From: a virus
Taxonomy: Duplodnaviria; Caudoviricetes
DNA length: 33,377 nt
IMG/VR virus record: IMGVR_UViG_3300016466_000592
Coordinates: 1 to 33,377 of that record
Direction: 5' to 3' (one strand)
The position numbers and the translations under genes are program-made. The notes below the pieces were generated by a model. That model worked only from the letters and a program-made list of their open reading frames with translations, was not told the origin of the DNA and ran no database searches. Below are positions 10,124 to 18,322 of this stretch, in pieces (within the stretch, counting starts at the first letter, position 1; each line of letters begins with the position of its first letter).

Positions 10124-10369
10124 TTAGTTCAATACTACCCAATCATCTGCTAGCATATCTGTTTGTGACGCAATCCAAGGAACACGTACCAACGGCGCAT
10201 GCTGATTGGTAGTCACAAGTTCTGTTGTATCTATGTAGATATAGGGATGCGTCATCTTTGAAAGGGGGTCAGGTAATTGTAGTTCTAAAAATATACCGTT
10301 ACCATTCCAGCCTTTACGTGAGACTTTCTCACCTTTTTTTAGCGCATCGAGTGCTTTTCCGAAATCCAT
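10124..10369 (-). CDS. DUF2829 / Tad2-like anti-defence nucleotide sponge
   Basis: 81 aa with the family pattern MDFGKAL..LK.G.KV.R.GWNG...PW.ASQTDMLADDW. Confidence 0.8.
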   Translation of the reverse strand: MDFGKALDALKKGEKVSRKGWNGNGIFLELQLPDPLSKMTHPYIYIDTTELVTTNQHAPLVRVPWIASQTDMLADDWVVLN

Positions 10370-10379
10370 CTCTTTGGTT

Positions 10380-10748
10380 TTATTGTTTATTTGTATTATC
10401 CACCATGAATGCCACAGCGTAGTTCTTCTCTATGAGTTGCTGATTCAAGTGTTGGGCGAAACCTTCCCCATAGAATATATCCACCAGCGGCCTACCATAC
10501 TTATCTAACTCTCGGGAATGGATTAGTATTTCCGATCCTTGAGGTAGCGTGTCGGATACAAACTTCTTTGCTGCCTGTGCTCGGGACTTTTGACCGGCAT
10601 CCTTACTCTTAAGCTCTGGAGTATTCACTCCATAGAATCGACAAGAGGACTTCCATAGCACAGTGAATCCAAGATCAATGGTCACTTTAAGTGTGTCCCC
10701 GTCAACTACTTTGTCAACAATAGCTTTATAGGTGTATAGGTCTTTCAT
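10380..10748 (-). CDS. Thermonuclease (SNase-like) family protein
   Basis: VDKVVDGDT, R..GVNTPE, DKYGRPL and LNQQLIEKNYA motifs. Confidence 0.85.
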   Translation of the reverse strand: MKDLYTYKAIVDKVVDGDTLKVTIDLGFTVLWKSSCRFYGVNTPELKSKDAGQKSRAQAAKKFVSDTLPQGSEILIHSRELDKYGRPLVDIFYGEGFAQHLNQQLIEKNYAVAFMVDNTNKQ

Positions 10749-10763
10749 AGGATAAAGGATTTA

Positions 10764-11276
10764 CTATTGATCGTATGCTAAGTTCTGCCCCCCTCTCACT
10801 TGGGATTTTTGTTCTTCTTCCAGGTCTCTGAGTGTACCCTTGAAGCTCTGTCGTATTGCTTCAAACTTGGCTGCCGCATTTACCAATGCTGTAATATTAC
10901 CGTCTCTTCCATGCTCTATGTCTGTGGTTTCCATGTATCGTGCGAGCCGGTCGAGCATAGTTTTAATCCCCATATATGCCCGATAGGTAGGTGTTTGGTA
11001 GAGTTTTTCACACATGATCTTTGCATGAACGATCAAATCATCATCTGTAGAGAAATCTGCATCCACCTCTCTAAGTATCAATTCTTCTTTATCCTGCTCA
11101 GGTACATCAAAAAAGGGATTGAGATCTGGGTTGGGGCAAGTCATATAGAACAGGTAACTGTATATACTCATATGTTCTAAGGGATAGGCATCCATTATAT
11201 CCTTCAGGAACTTAAGGGCATAACAATGCTCAGTGGGTACTATTTTGCCATTTTGTATATCAAAAATTCTCACCAT
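10764..11276 (-). CDS. Conserved crAss-like hypothetical protein
   Basis: 170 aa helical protein ending VRGGQNLAYDQ, in the packaging-associated gene block. Confidence 0.6.
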   Translation of the reverse strand: MVRIFDIQNGKIVPTEHCYALKFLKDIMDAYPLEHMSIYSYLFYMTCPNPDLNPFFDVPEQDKEELILREVDADFSTDDDLIVHAKIMCEKLYQTPTYRAYMGIKTMLDRLARYMETTDIEHGRDGNITALVNAAAKFEAIRQSFKGTLRDLEEEQKSQVRGGQNLAYDQ

Positions 11277-11908
11277 CAGGAATCCTTAATCTTTTGATCA
11301 TAGTAAAAACAGTTACTGTCTTCGGTCACCCACCTGTCTGAAAATGTTTCTACGCTCTCAAGGGTTTGATCCACCTTGAACATCTTCGGATCACAGGGGA
11401 AATCACGTGTAATCCAGTTGCTGTCACGCCAATAGATGCGGTTGTTGGGTTGACAGAGTAGGTATCCGTCGTCTGCTACAAGCACATGGCCGCATTTGTA
11501 GTCGGTGGGTTCGTCGCTGTATTCGTTGCGGTACCAATCAACGGTGAATAAATAAGTGGCCCACACTTTGGTGCCATCGCGTAGCACCACCTGGCAGCGT
11601 TTTTCATAGAGGTAGTCGTAGGTGATTACTGTCACATTCTCCGAAAAACAATCCCAAAGCATCTTGTAATGGGATGGAATGTCTGCCGCAATATTCTCAG
11701 GGATCTTCAGATATACCTGGTCAATAGGGATGCGGCTCCTTAACATCCCGTAGTCAGTCATTCCATGGAAGGTGAGTATCTTACCAGATATAGACTGCAC
11801 CCCAAAAAGCAGCACATCATGAAAATATTCATCATGTGCCGGATCTTTTGTTAAGTGGCTAAGCCTCACCTTTGCCTTTAAGATGTCAATATTGTGATTC
11901 AGGGTCAT
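11276..11908 (-). CDS. Hypothetical phage protein
   Basis: 210 aa with LWDCFS, YLFTVDW, KCGHV and QPNNR motifs; translationally coupled to the next gene. Confidence 0.65.
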   Translation of the reverse strand: MTLNHNIDILKAKVRLSHLTKDPAHDEYFHDVLLFGVQSISGKILTFHGMTDYGMLRSRIPIDQVYLKIPENIAADIPSHYKMLWDCFSENVTVITYDYLYEKRCQVVLRDGTKVWATYLFTVDWYRNEYSDEPTDYKCGHVLVADDGYLLCQPNNRIYWRDSNWITRDFPCDPKMFKVDQTLESVETFSDRWVTEDSNCFYYDQKIKDS

Positions 11909-11910
11909 AT

Positions 11911-12732
11911 CTAATTTTTAGTATTTCTATTGTCCTCAAGCCAATGCATAAGACTGATGATCTCCTGCTTCAAATAGGGAAGATTGTACTGCACTACATC
12001 TTTTACTATCGGATCTCCGTTCGTATCAAGTCCGGTGATAGGGTTATCGTACTTATCCTTACCCACTTCTTCAAAGAGTATATGATGGATGGTGAGCCCC
12101 CCAGGTTTTAGGCGTGGGTTGTGTTTTAAGATGATGTACATATACAGACTGAGCTGTATGGTGTAATGATTCAGATTGCAGTCATCTAAATGACTTAGCG
12201 GTGGCATCATACGTTGTGTCACACCCTCCCAGTTTGTATAACCTGCAGTCTTAATCTCCTTGTTTGTTTTATAATCAGTGACAAACACTTGATTATTTAT
12301 CACTTCCACTAAGTCAGACTGACCACAAAGACCGGCTGACTTCAAATACACCATGTGTTCGGGATAGATACCATTGGCTAGTTTCTGATCAGGAGCAATC
12401 TTGACGCCATTTTCGTAGATCGGTTTTATTACTGGTATCTCTTCCCCATGCCGCTCTATCATTGTTAATGAACATATATCTGTCTCCCTACAGTTGTGAT
12501 ACCATGTCCCCAGATCCATTGCTCTTTTGGATTCCGACTTCCAAGCTTGCTTTATATCTTCCGGATCCATCCCGTACCACTTGCTCTTTTTGTTCTTGCT
12601 GCTTTTTATGGCAATGTTCTCCGAATCAAAAGGTTGTTTGAACTTCGAAATGAACGAAGTGACACTGGTCCAATTGATGTCTTCCTCTAAGATGCTTATG
12701 TACGTATGTTGATCCGGAATAAACTTCACCAT
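11911..12732 (-). CDS. PD-(D/E)XK nuclease (RecB/Cas4-like)
   Basis: TSVTSFI, GTWYH, GQSDLV...VTDYKT and Y.IQLSLY motifs; likely start at 12732 (MVKFIPDQH) rather than 12804. Confidence 0.8.
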   Translation of the reverse strand: MVKFIPDQHTYISILEEDINWTSVTSFISKFKQPFDSENIAIKSSKNKKSKWYGMDPEDIKQAWKSESKRAMDLGTWYHNCRETDICSLTMIERHGEEIPVIKPIYENGVKIAPDQKLANGIYPEHMVYLKSAGLCGQSDLVEVINNQVFVTDYKTNKEIKTAGYTNWEGVTQRMMPPLSHLDDCNLNHYTIQLSLYMYIILKHNPRLKPGGLTIHHILFEEVGKDKYDNPITGLDTNGDPIVKDVVQYNLPYLKQEIISLMHWLEDNRNTKN

Positions 12733-12743
12733 GATTATATATG

Positions 12744-13082
12744 TTATATACCCAATTTTGAATTCAACATATCCTCTTCGGATTGTGTAATCTCTGCCTC
12801 CCATTTTGGTCCTTCAGGATGAGGGCAGCTTGATGAAAGACTACGAGTTTTGAATTTCAAACTGCACCCACACCCACCCTGTTTTATATCACAGCAAGGG
12901 GAAGTGCCTGGGACAATACAGCCTTTATCGCTTATGTCATACAAAGAACAGGATATGCAGATCTTCAACCGTTGGGCGGCGATCTCTTCTATATCCTCTT
13001 TCTTAAAGATCGAATTGGTAACACCTTCAAGTATCTGACCTTTTGCTTTCCAAATTCGAATTATGTTTTCCCGACTGCTCAT
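12744..13082 (-). CDS. Cys-rich putative zinc-binding protein
   Basis: RLKICISC...CCDIKQGGCGCSL..KTRS....CP....KW pattern. Confidence 0.65.
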   Translation of the reverse strand: MSSRENIIRIWKAKGQILEGVTNSIFKKEDIEEIAAQRLKICISCSLYDISDKGCIVPGTSPCCDIKQGGCGCSLKFKTRSLSSSCPHPEGPKWEAEITQSEEDMLNSKLGI

Positions 13083-13467
13083 ACATTGTTCTTTTGTGCA
13101 ACCTTACAAACTCGGCTCTCTGTGATTCCTCCAGGAGTTTAGCCTTCAAATGATTCAAATCATACAACTGCTCAGTGATGCGAAACAGGGAAGTAAGGTG
13201 TTGAACACCTTTCTGTGAATTGTTCTCCTCCCGCATCTGTAAGAGCGCTATCTTCTCATCCAGTTTCCAATGCTTCACCGTAAAATCCCCAAGGTTTGTG
13301 ACGTGCACCCTGTGATGTGAAAGGGAGGATAGTTGTTTCCTAACCTCCTGCCAGTAGTAGGATACCACTGTATCTACAACATCTTCAGCCACACCTAATT
13401 CCCCGGCCACATCTCCTATGAGCGATTTGGCTTTAAGCGGCTTCAACGCATAAGAATTTGTAGTCAA
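13027..13467 (-). CDS. IHF/HU-like DNA-binding protein
   Basis: LIGDVAGELGVAEDVVDTVV...RVHVTNLGDFTVK matches the HU/IHF fold; IHF-like genes are typical of this block in crAss-like phages; true start possibly TTG at 13446. Confidence 0.65.
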   Translation of the reverse strand: MTTNSYALKPLKAKSLIGDVAGELGVAEDVVDTVVSYYWQEVRKQLSSLSHHRVHVTNLGDFTVKHWKLDEKIALLQMREENNSQKGVQHLTSLFRITEQLYDLNHLKAKLLEESQRAEFVRLHKRTMYEQSGKHNSNLESKRSDT

Positions 13468-13798
13468 GGAGAATATTCCCCTTATAGGTGATGTTGAGAT
13501 CGGGATTGATTCGGATGCGTTTCTTATTCTTGCCCGATTTCTTGATCAACCCTTTCCGTTCACTTTTCGTGAGACAGTTCCGAACAGATTGCGTCGAAGA
13601 GAAAATATTACGCTCGTACGCTTTTTGACAGAATCCCGTTAGGTCCTGTTCTCCCTGGAAGACCAGATAGGTGAGGCACTCCAATTCAGCTTCGCTCACC
13701 GGTATTCCATAAAGATAACAGTGAGTGAGGATCTGGTATTTCACAATCTGCCAAGGGTGCAACTTCACACGTTTCTCCACTTGGTTTACGATAGCCAT
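13433..13798 (-). CDS. Putative winged-helix DNA-binding protein
   Basis: 121 aa basic protein with STQSVRNCLTKSERKGLIKK resembling a wHTH recognition helix and wing. Confidence 0.5.
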   Translation of the reverse strand: MAIVNQVEKRVKLHPWQIVKYQILTHCYLYGIPVSEAELECLTYLVFQGEQDLTGFCQKAYERNIFSSTQSVRNCLTKSERKGLIKKSGKNKKRIRINPDLNITYKGNILLDYKFLCVEAA

Positions 13799-13801
13799 GG
13801 T

Positions 13802-14176
13802 TTACTTTTTCAATGTCCGCTTCTCAGCAGAGGGTGCAGGTTTTTCTTTAACAGGTGGCTCCTCCCCGACTGGTATGAGTATTTCATCCCCCACCTTCAA
13901 CCCCTGCTCTGCCAGATCGGGATTCTCATCCAGATCTTCTTGTGTGATGGTGTGGGGTACCCCGCCTGCATAGGCATCGCTTTGCGGTCGGGGGTTGGTA
14001 ATCTGCGCAGCAATAGCTAATGCCTTTAGTTCTTCCAACCTTTGCTGAGCAAACTCGGCGTTAAGTGCCTGCAGTTTCACCTGCAGTGTCTTCACTTCTA
14101 TCTGTTCCGATAGCATGTTAATGATATCCTCCTTGGAAGGCATCTCTCTTTGTTGCGTGTCTTTTGTTTGGTCCAT
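13802..14176 (-). CDS. Hypothetical protein
   Basis: 124 aa; N-terminal coiled coil, C-terminal HTITQEDLDENPDL...LKVGDEILIP (LysM-like ending). Confidence 0.6.
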   Translation of the reverse strand: MDQTKDTQQREMPSKEDIINMLSEQIEVKTLQVKLQALNAEFAQQRLEELKALAIAAQITNPRPQSDAYAGGVPHTITQEDLDENPDLAEQGLKVGDEILIPVGEEPPVKEKPAPSAEKRTLKK

Positions 14177-14187
14177 TATATATTGGT

Positions 14188-14523
14188 TTATAGGTCAGTG
14201 CTCTCATCAATTATTGATAACCCGCTGCCACCGATGTTAGTAGAATATTTATTGAAATATTCGGTGAATAGGCGTTGGAACTTTTCAAAAGGTGTGTCGA
14301 TTATGATGGTATCACCATCTTCCAGAAATACCGTTGTACACCCATAGGTGGGGTTGGCCGGCTCATCTGTCGTGAGCTTTAGCATACTCACTTTGGACAT
14401 CCGTATAGAACAGCCAAGCCAGCTGCCGAGGTCCTCATTGATTTTATCCGGGATCCCTAAGTCTTCCAATTCACTAGGATCTAGCGCATGGCAGAAGATC
14501 TTGCAGTTGTGTACATGGTTCAT
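14188..14523 (-). CDS. Hypothetical protein, first gene of the leftward operon
   Basis: 111 aa, co-oriented, preceded by an AT-rich promoter-like region. Confidence 0.55.
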   Translation of the reverse strand: MNHVHNCKIFCHALDPSELEDLGIPDKINEDLGSWLGCSIRMSKVSMLKLTTDEPANPTYGCTTVFLEDGDTIIIDTPFEKFQRLFTEYFNKYSTNIGGSGLSIIDESTDL

Positions 14524-14545
14524 ATAAATAGTAGATGTATTTAGC

Positions 14546-14587
14546 TCTACAGTATAATATACCGAAAAGGTTTAAACTCTACAAATT
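14546..14587 (-). promoter_or_regulatory. Candidate promoter for the structural operon
   Basis: Coding strand reads TTTG-N20-TATATTAT, a variant of the Bacteroidota TTTG-N19/21-TAnnTTTG architecture, with two TGTAGA hexamers. Confidence 0.35.
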
Positions 14588-14671
14588 TATTGCTAAATAT
14601 ATTAGCAGCTACCCAGCACTTATTCAACATATACTCACATCCTTACATGCGTAAAAGGATGGGTCGTATAA

Positions 14672-14908
14672 CTACGAACTTTGATAAAAATTAAAAAAAT
14701 CTTCCTTAAATGTTTTTGAACCACAAAGGGAATTTAATATACCTAACTCAATTTTGTATTTCTCTACACCCGAAAAAACTTTTTCCCAATTAATAAAATA
14801 TTCCCAAGTTCGATTTTCAGGAATTAAGGTTTGATGAAAATAATTAAAGACATCATCTACATTCTTTAAATTTTTTTCATTATAGAAGTTTAATTTTTTC
14901 ATAGTCAA
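14672..14908 (-). pseudogene. N-terminal fragment of a DpnII/MboI-family restriction endonuclease
   Basis: TL...NRTWEYFINWEKV...VEKYKIELGILNSLCGS resembles the DpnII-family N-terminus; ends after 78 aa, far short of a full enzyme; directly downstream of the Dam-like MTase. Confidence 0.7.
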
Positions 14909-15803
14909 GGTGGTTTTTAAGAGTGTTCCCTAAAATAAGAAATTCTTTTATTTTACCTCTCTTATTTCCTTTTGAATTAATGTTTCGACTACAATCTACT
15001 TCTAAAATTGAAAAATCAGAATAAATTTCTTTAATAAAATTACTTGAAGAATTAGATTGAAGAACATAAACACCCTTATTATCTAATTCCCTAAAGTAGT
15101 CCCTTAATTCAACTTGTTCCTTAGAACCGAATTCTCCCGAATAATCTGTAAAAGAAGATGTCTCACTTAAAGGGTGATAAGGTGGATCCATATAAACAAA
15201 ATCATTCTCTTCAATATCCTTAATCTGATTAAATTTTAAATTATACAACCTATCAACAGAAGGAATTAAATTCGAAACTCTAAATAAATTTTCCTTATCT
15301 ATAATCTTAGGGTTAGAATATCTACCTTCAGGAACATTAAACAATCCTTTTTTATTTGTTCGATAAAGTCCATTAAAACATGTTCTATTCAATAATATAA
15401 GAGACGAACTCCTTTCAATTCCTTTATATTTCGGGACAATATTACCATCTCTATCAATCCCATTAAACCGATCTCTAATGTAATAAAATCCATGTGTTTT
15501 GTAATCCATTTCAAGTTTATCACAAAAAGAAATAATCTCAGAAGGATTTAATTTTATGTTTCTATAGAGTTCAATAAGGTCGGTATTAATATCATTAATA
15601 CTTGAGATAGATTTAAAATTACTTTTGAAATTTTCTACTAAATCAAAAAATACTGAACCACCTCCAAAAAATATTTCATGGTAATTGTTGAACTTTAGAC
15701 CACCATAAATTTTTCTCAATTCAGGTAATAATTCTCTTTTTCCACCAACCCATTTTAAAACGGGTTTTGTTTCATTTTTTACATGAGGGATAAACCTATT
15801 CAT
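14880..15803 (-). CDS. dam: Dam/DpnM-family DNA adenine methyltransferase (probably GATC)
   Basis: KPVLKWVGGK, EIFFGGGSV, NDIN.DLI, LNRTCFNGLYR.N..G.FNVP.GRY and DFVYMDPPY motifs, all intact. Confidence 0.92.
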   Translation of the reverse strand: MNRFIPHVKNETKPVLKWVGGKRELLPELRKIYGGLKFNNYHEIFFGGGSVFFDLVENFKSNFKSISSINDINTDLIELYRNIKLNPSEIISFCDKLEMDYKTHGFYYIRDRFNGIDRDGNIVPKYKGIERSSSLILLNRTCFNGLYRTNKKGLFNVPEGRYSNPKIIDKENLFRVSNLIPSVDRLYNLKFNQIKDIEENDFVYMDPPYHPLSETSSFTDYSGEFGSKEQVELRDYFRELDNKGVYVLQSNSSSNFIKEIYSDFSILEVDCSRNINSKGNKRGKIKEFLILGNTLKNHLDYEKIKLL

Positions 15804-16092
15804 TCACTCGTAATTTTGATAATTCATAAAACTTTTTTTCCTTTTCAATTCCTATTCCTCTTCGTGAGTTATTTTTACAACTTACTAACACACTACCTGA
15901 ACCACAAAACATATCTAAAACTAAGTCATTTTCTTTTGTAGAAGACAAAATCATACGTTCGATTATTTCGAGTGGTTTCTGTGTTGGATGACCACCCCAT
16001 TTCCTATTAAATGTGTATCTTAGGTAAATCGGACATAACCCTTTACTATTTTTACGATCATCTCGTATTACATAGTTTAATGAATAATTCAT
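15796..16092 (-). pseudogene. Chimeric ORF: integrase arm-binding N-terminus fused to a beta-class MTase C-terminus
   Basis: Residues 1-31 (IRDDRKNSKGLCPIYLRYTFNRK) resemble the Bacteroidota tyrosine-integrase Arm-DNA-binding domain; the rest (HPTQKPLEIIERMI...VLDMFCGSGS...GIGIE) is an N6/N4 MTase C-terminus with no DPPY catalytic half. Confidence 0.7.
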
Positions 16093-16203
16093 ATCGAGAT
16101 TTTGAGATTAAAAGTAGTGTAAAACAGAATGTAAAACAGAAATACCATTTTCCGATGATGAAAATTGATAATAGTATTTTATATGTAATTGATTTACAAC
16201 AAA

Positions 16204-16569
16204 TTACATTTTTACATTCCGTAAGGAAAAAAAATAATTAGGACCCCTATAGACCTCAGGGAGACTGATCATGTAGCGAAAAAAGGAGGACTTAATCAGC
16301 GGGAGAAGATTTGCAATCTCTTGATACTCATTGTTGAATGTATATGTCACCTTTACAGGAATGGTGGGGTATTGCCTTCTAATCACCATTTTACGTGATT
16401 CCAAATCTTTCAATGTCTCTGAAAGCACCTTAACCGAGCAATTAGGTAGCTGGCGGCGGATCTCTGAAAAGCGCATTTCATTACAATCTCTTAATATATA
16501 TAACACCACTAACCTCCACTTCTTTCCGACAATCTCAGAGACTGAATTAAAAACATAGTCATCAAACAT
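16204..16569 (-). CDS. HxlR-family winged-helix transcriptional regulator
   Basis: IVGKKWRLVVLY.L.....RFSEIRRQLP.CS.KVLSETLKDLE....V.R..YP.IP.KV.Y pattern. Confidence 0.85.
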   Translation of the reverse strand: MFDDYVFNSVSEIVGKKWRLVVLYILRDCNEMRFSEIRRQLPNCSVKVLSETLKDLESRKMVIRRQYPTIPVKVTYTFNNEYQEIANLLPLIKSSFFRYMISLPEVYRGPNYFFSLRNVKM

Positions 16570-16917
16570 AAATGTAATGCCGGTATAGTCATTAGAAAGG
16601 TAGACAACACCTTCAATACAGACATGTAAATCGATTTTGGGTGGTTACTAGATAACTATCCGGTAATATAGACATAGTATCTCATATTTGCCACATTATT
16701 AATAAAAGCCCCCCCCGGTAGAATATAATAGAGAACAACCCCCCGGGGGCCATGTAGAGCAGATTTGCTATATAAGATTACAGCATAAGTTGTCTACGGT
16801 TGTAGATGTGTAGTGTGTTAGAGGATGGAGGGGGTCTCTCAGTCAAACCACCCCACCATGATTTCGGGTGGTTATACCCCCCTGGTTTTCATTCGTAAAC
16901 TCATTAAAACCGTAATC

Positions 16918-17280
16918 ATGCCCAGACAACAAGTTGTCAAAAAGGCTTCTGCTAAACAGAAGCCTTCTGCCTCGCGCCGTGCCGCCGCCGATGAGGTTCC
17001 CACTTTGGAGTCTGCTATGCAGGCTCCAACGCGGGATCTCTCGTTCGACATCACGTCGATCGAGAGAAAGCCGGCACGTAGCGGACGCACCGGCTTCCGC
17101 GCGACGACGCACTCCGGCATCGTCATCACGTGGTGGTCCGAGTATTCGGACGGCACCACGTGGCGGCAGCTCGTCACCGATAACGGTGACGGCACCGCCT
17201 CCGTAGCCGAAGGCGTCCGCGTGGCGGAAGACGGCGGGCTCATCCCCCCGTCTGCGCCGCAGCGCGGCAAGTTCTGGTAG
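16918..17280 (+). CDS. GC-rich hypothetical protein, first rightward gene
   Basis: MPRQQVVKK...GKFW from ATG 16918 after an A-rich leader; followed by a strong terminator. Confidence 0.6.
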   Translation: MPRQQVVKKASAKQKPSASRRAAADEVPTLESAMQAPTRDLSFDITSIERKPARSGRTGFRATTHSGIVITWWSEYSDGTTWRQLVTDNGDGTASVAEGVRVAEDGGLIPPSAPQRGKFW

Positions 17281-17293
17281 GCACCAGAACAAC

Positions 17294-17322
17294 GGAAAGG
17301 ACTTCGGTCCTTTCCTTTTTTT
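17294..17322 (+). terminator. Intrinsic terminator
   Basis: GGAAAGGAC-TTCG-GTCCTTTCC (9 bp, C(UUCG)G loop) plus T7. Confidence 0.9.
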
Positions 17323-17548
17323 AAATTCTTTTCATTTGCATTCACCAATACAGATACCAATCGTTGCGGCCTATCCCGCCTGTTGCCGTCGGTTCTGTTC
17401 GGTGATGCAATCCTTTGATAATCAAGACGTTGAGAGAGTATAGACGTGATAGCCCCCCTTACTTGGCCAATCATTCTCTTACTTTCTCAACTAATCTTAT
17501 AATGGTCGTCCGGCATAGGATGGCTATATCATCATAGTGTCCTCGTAA

Positions 17549-17717
17549 AAGAGATACGGATGCTCTTGATAAGAGGTTGCCCAAATTGTTGGAATATGGG
17601 CGTAATACATAGTGCATAGCCTGAATACAACCTTCTTATGGTGCTGAATCGCACCGTCCCTAGAAGCGGGGCATATGGCAGATATAATGCGAAGTGAAAC
17701 TGCCATGGCGTGTATTA
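17549..17717 (+). ncRNA. Candidate pseudoknotted ncRNA
   Basis: No credible ORF; several short stems plus two crossing long-range helices; ends at a terminator. Confidence 0.45.
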
Positions 17718-17721
17718 TGGA

Positions 17722-17758
17722 AGAGCGGTAGGGTTAATTCTCTACCGCTCTCTTTTTT
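17722..17758 (+). terminator. Intrinsic terminator
   Basis: AGAGCGGTAGGG-TTAATT-CTCTACCGCTCT followed by a T tract. Confidence 0.85.
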
Positions 17759-17826
17759 CCTTAGGTGATTAAGGCGTGAAAATCGTGCGTCTGTATCATA
17801 TACAGGGTTCACCAAAGCAATATGCT

Positions 17827-18255
17827 ATGAAGAAGAAACTTGAAGACATTTTAGTACTGTGCAGAATATCGGCAGTAGGATCATTCCTACTGCTTTCGTT
17901 CATCACTGTGGCTGCAGAGCCATCAGAAATGAGCGACCTCGCTTTGGAACTGTACTACGACGAGATGCAGAGGTGGCGGAACTTTTACCGCCCTGCCATC
18001 ATCGTATGTACCTTAATGTGGGCAACCGGCACATTAGGGCTAATGTTTCTACGAAAATTCAAACCCGGTTGGGTACTAGTGATCTTTCTGTGTTCGACTC
18101 TCGCTTCTTGCGAAAGTTCAGAACGCAAAAGACTGGTTCGTAAACTAGACCAAAATACACTAGAAGTAGTGTATTTGGACACTATGTACAAGCCAGGAGA
18201 CACACTTACGCTGGACAGGCCTGTGTCCTATCCAAAGGTTGTCGTAGTGCGATAA
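17827..18255 (+). CDS. Membrane protein, hypothetical
   Basis: Three hydrophobic segments, the last ending in a lipobox-like LASC; likely start MKKKLED at 17827. Confidence 0.55.
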   Translation: MKKKLEDILVLCRISAVGSFLLLSFITVAAEPSEMSDLALELYYDEMQRWRNFYRPAIIVCTLMWATGTLGLMFLRKFKPGWVLVIFLCSTLASCESSERKRLVRKLDQNTLEVVYLDTMYKPGDTLTLDRPVSYPKVVVVR

Positions 18256-18322
18256 AAAATCTTGGGGGAAGGAAGCATCCCATGAAGTCACTTCCGTTTT
18301 ATTGTTCTAAACTATAGCGAAA

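Larger units (their letters stand above)
14650..16210 (-). mobile_element. AT-rich captured island: relic of an integrative element carrying a DpnII-type R-M operon
   Basis: Visibly much more AT-rich than the flanks; holds integrase-arm/MTase chimera, Dam-like MTase and truncated REase; tandem TGTAAAACAGAA at 16118-16141. Boundaries approximate. Confidence 0.6.

Noticed and set aside
16793-16807. TCTAC-GGTT-GTAGAT resembling a Cas12a repeat stem-loop
   Set aside because: Single copy, lacks the AATT 5' handle, no array or cas genes; better explained by the recurrent TGTAGA motif or chance.
16843-17474. Overlapping ORFs of 149 and 200 aa (minus) and 90 aa (plus)
   Set aside because: By-products of local high GC; the plus-strand 16918-17280 frame has the A-rich leader and a correctly oriented terminator.
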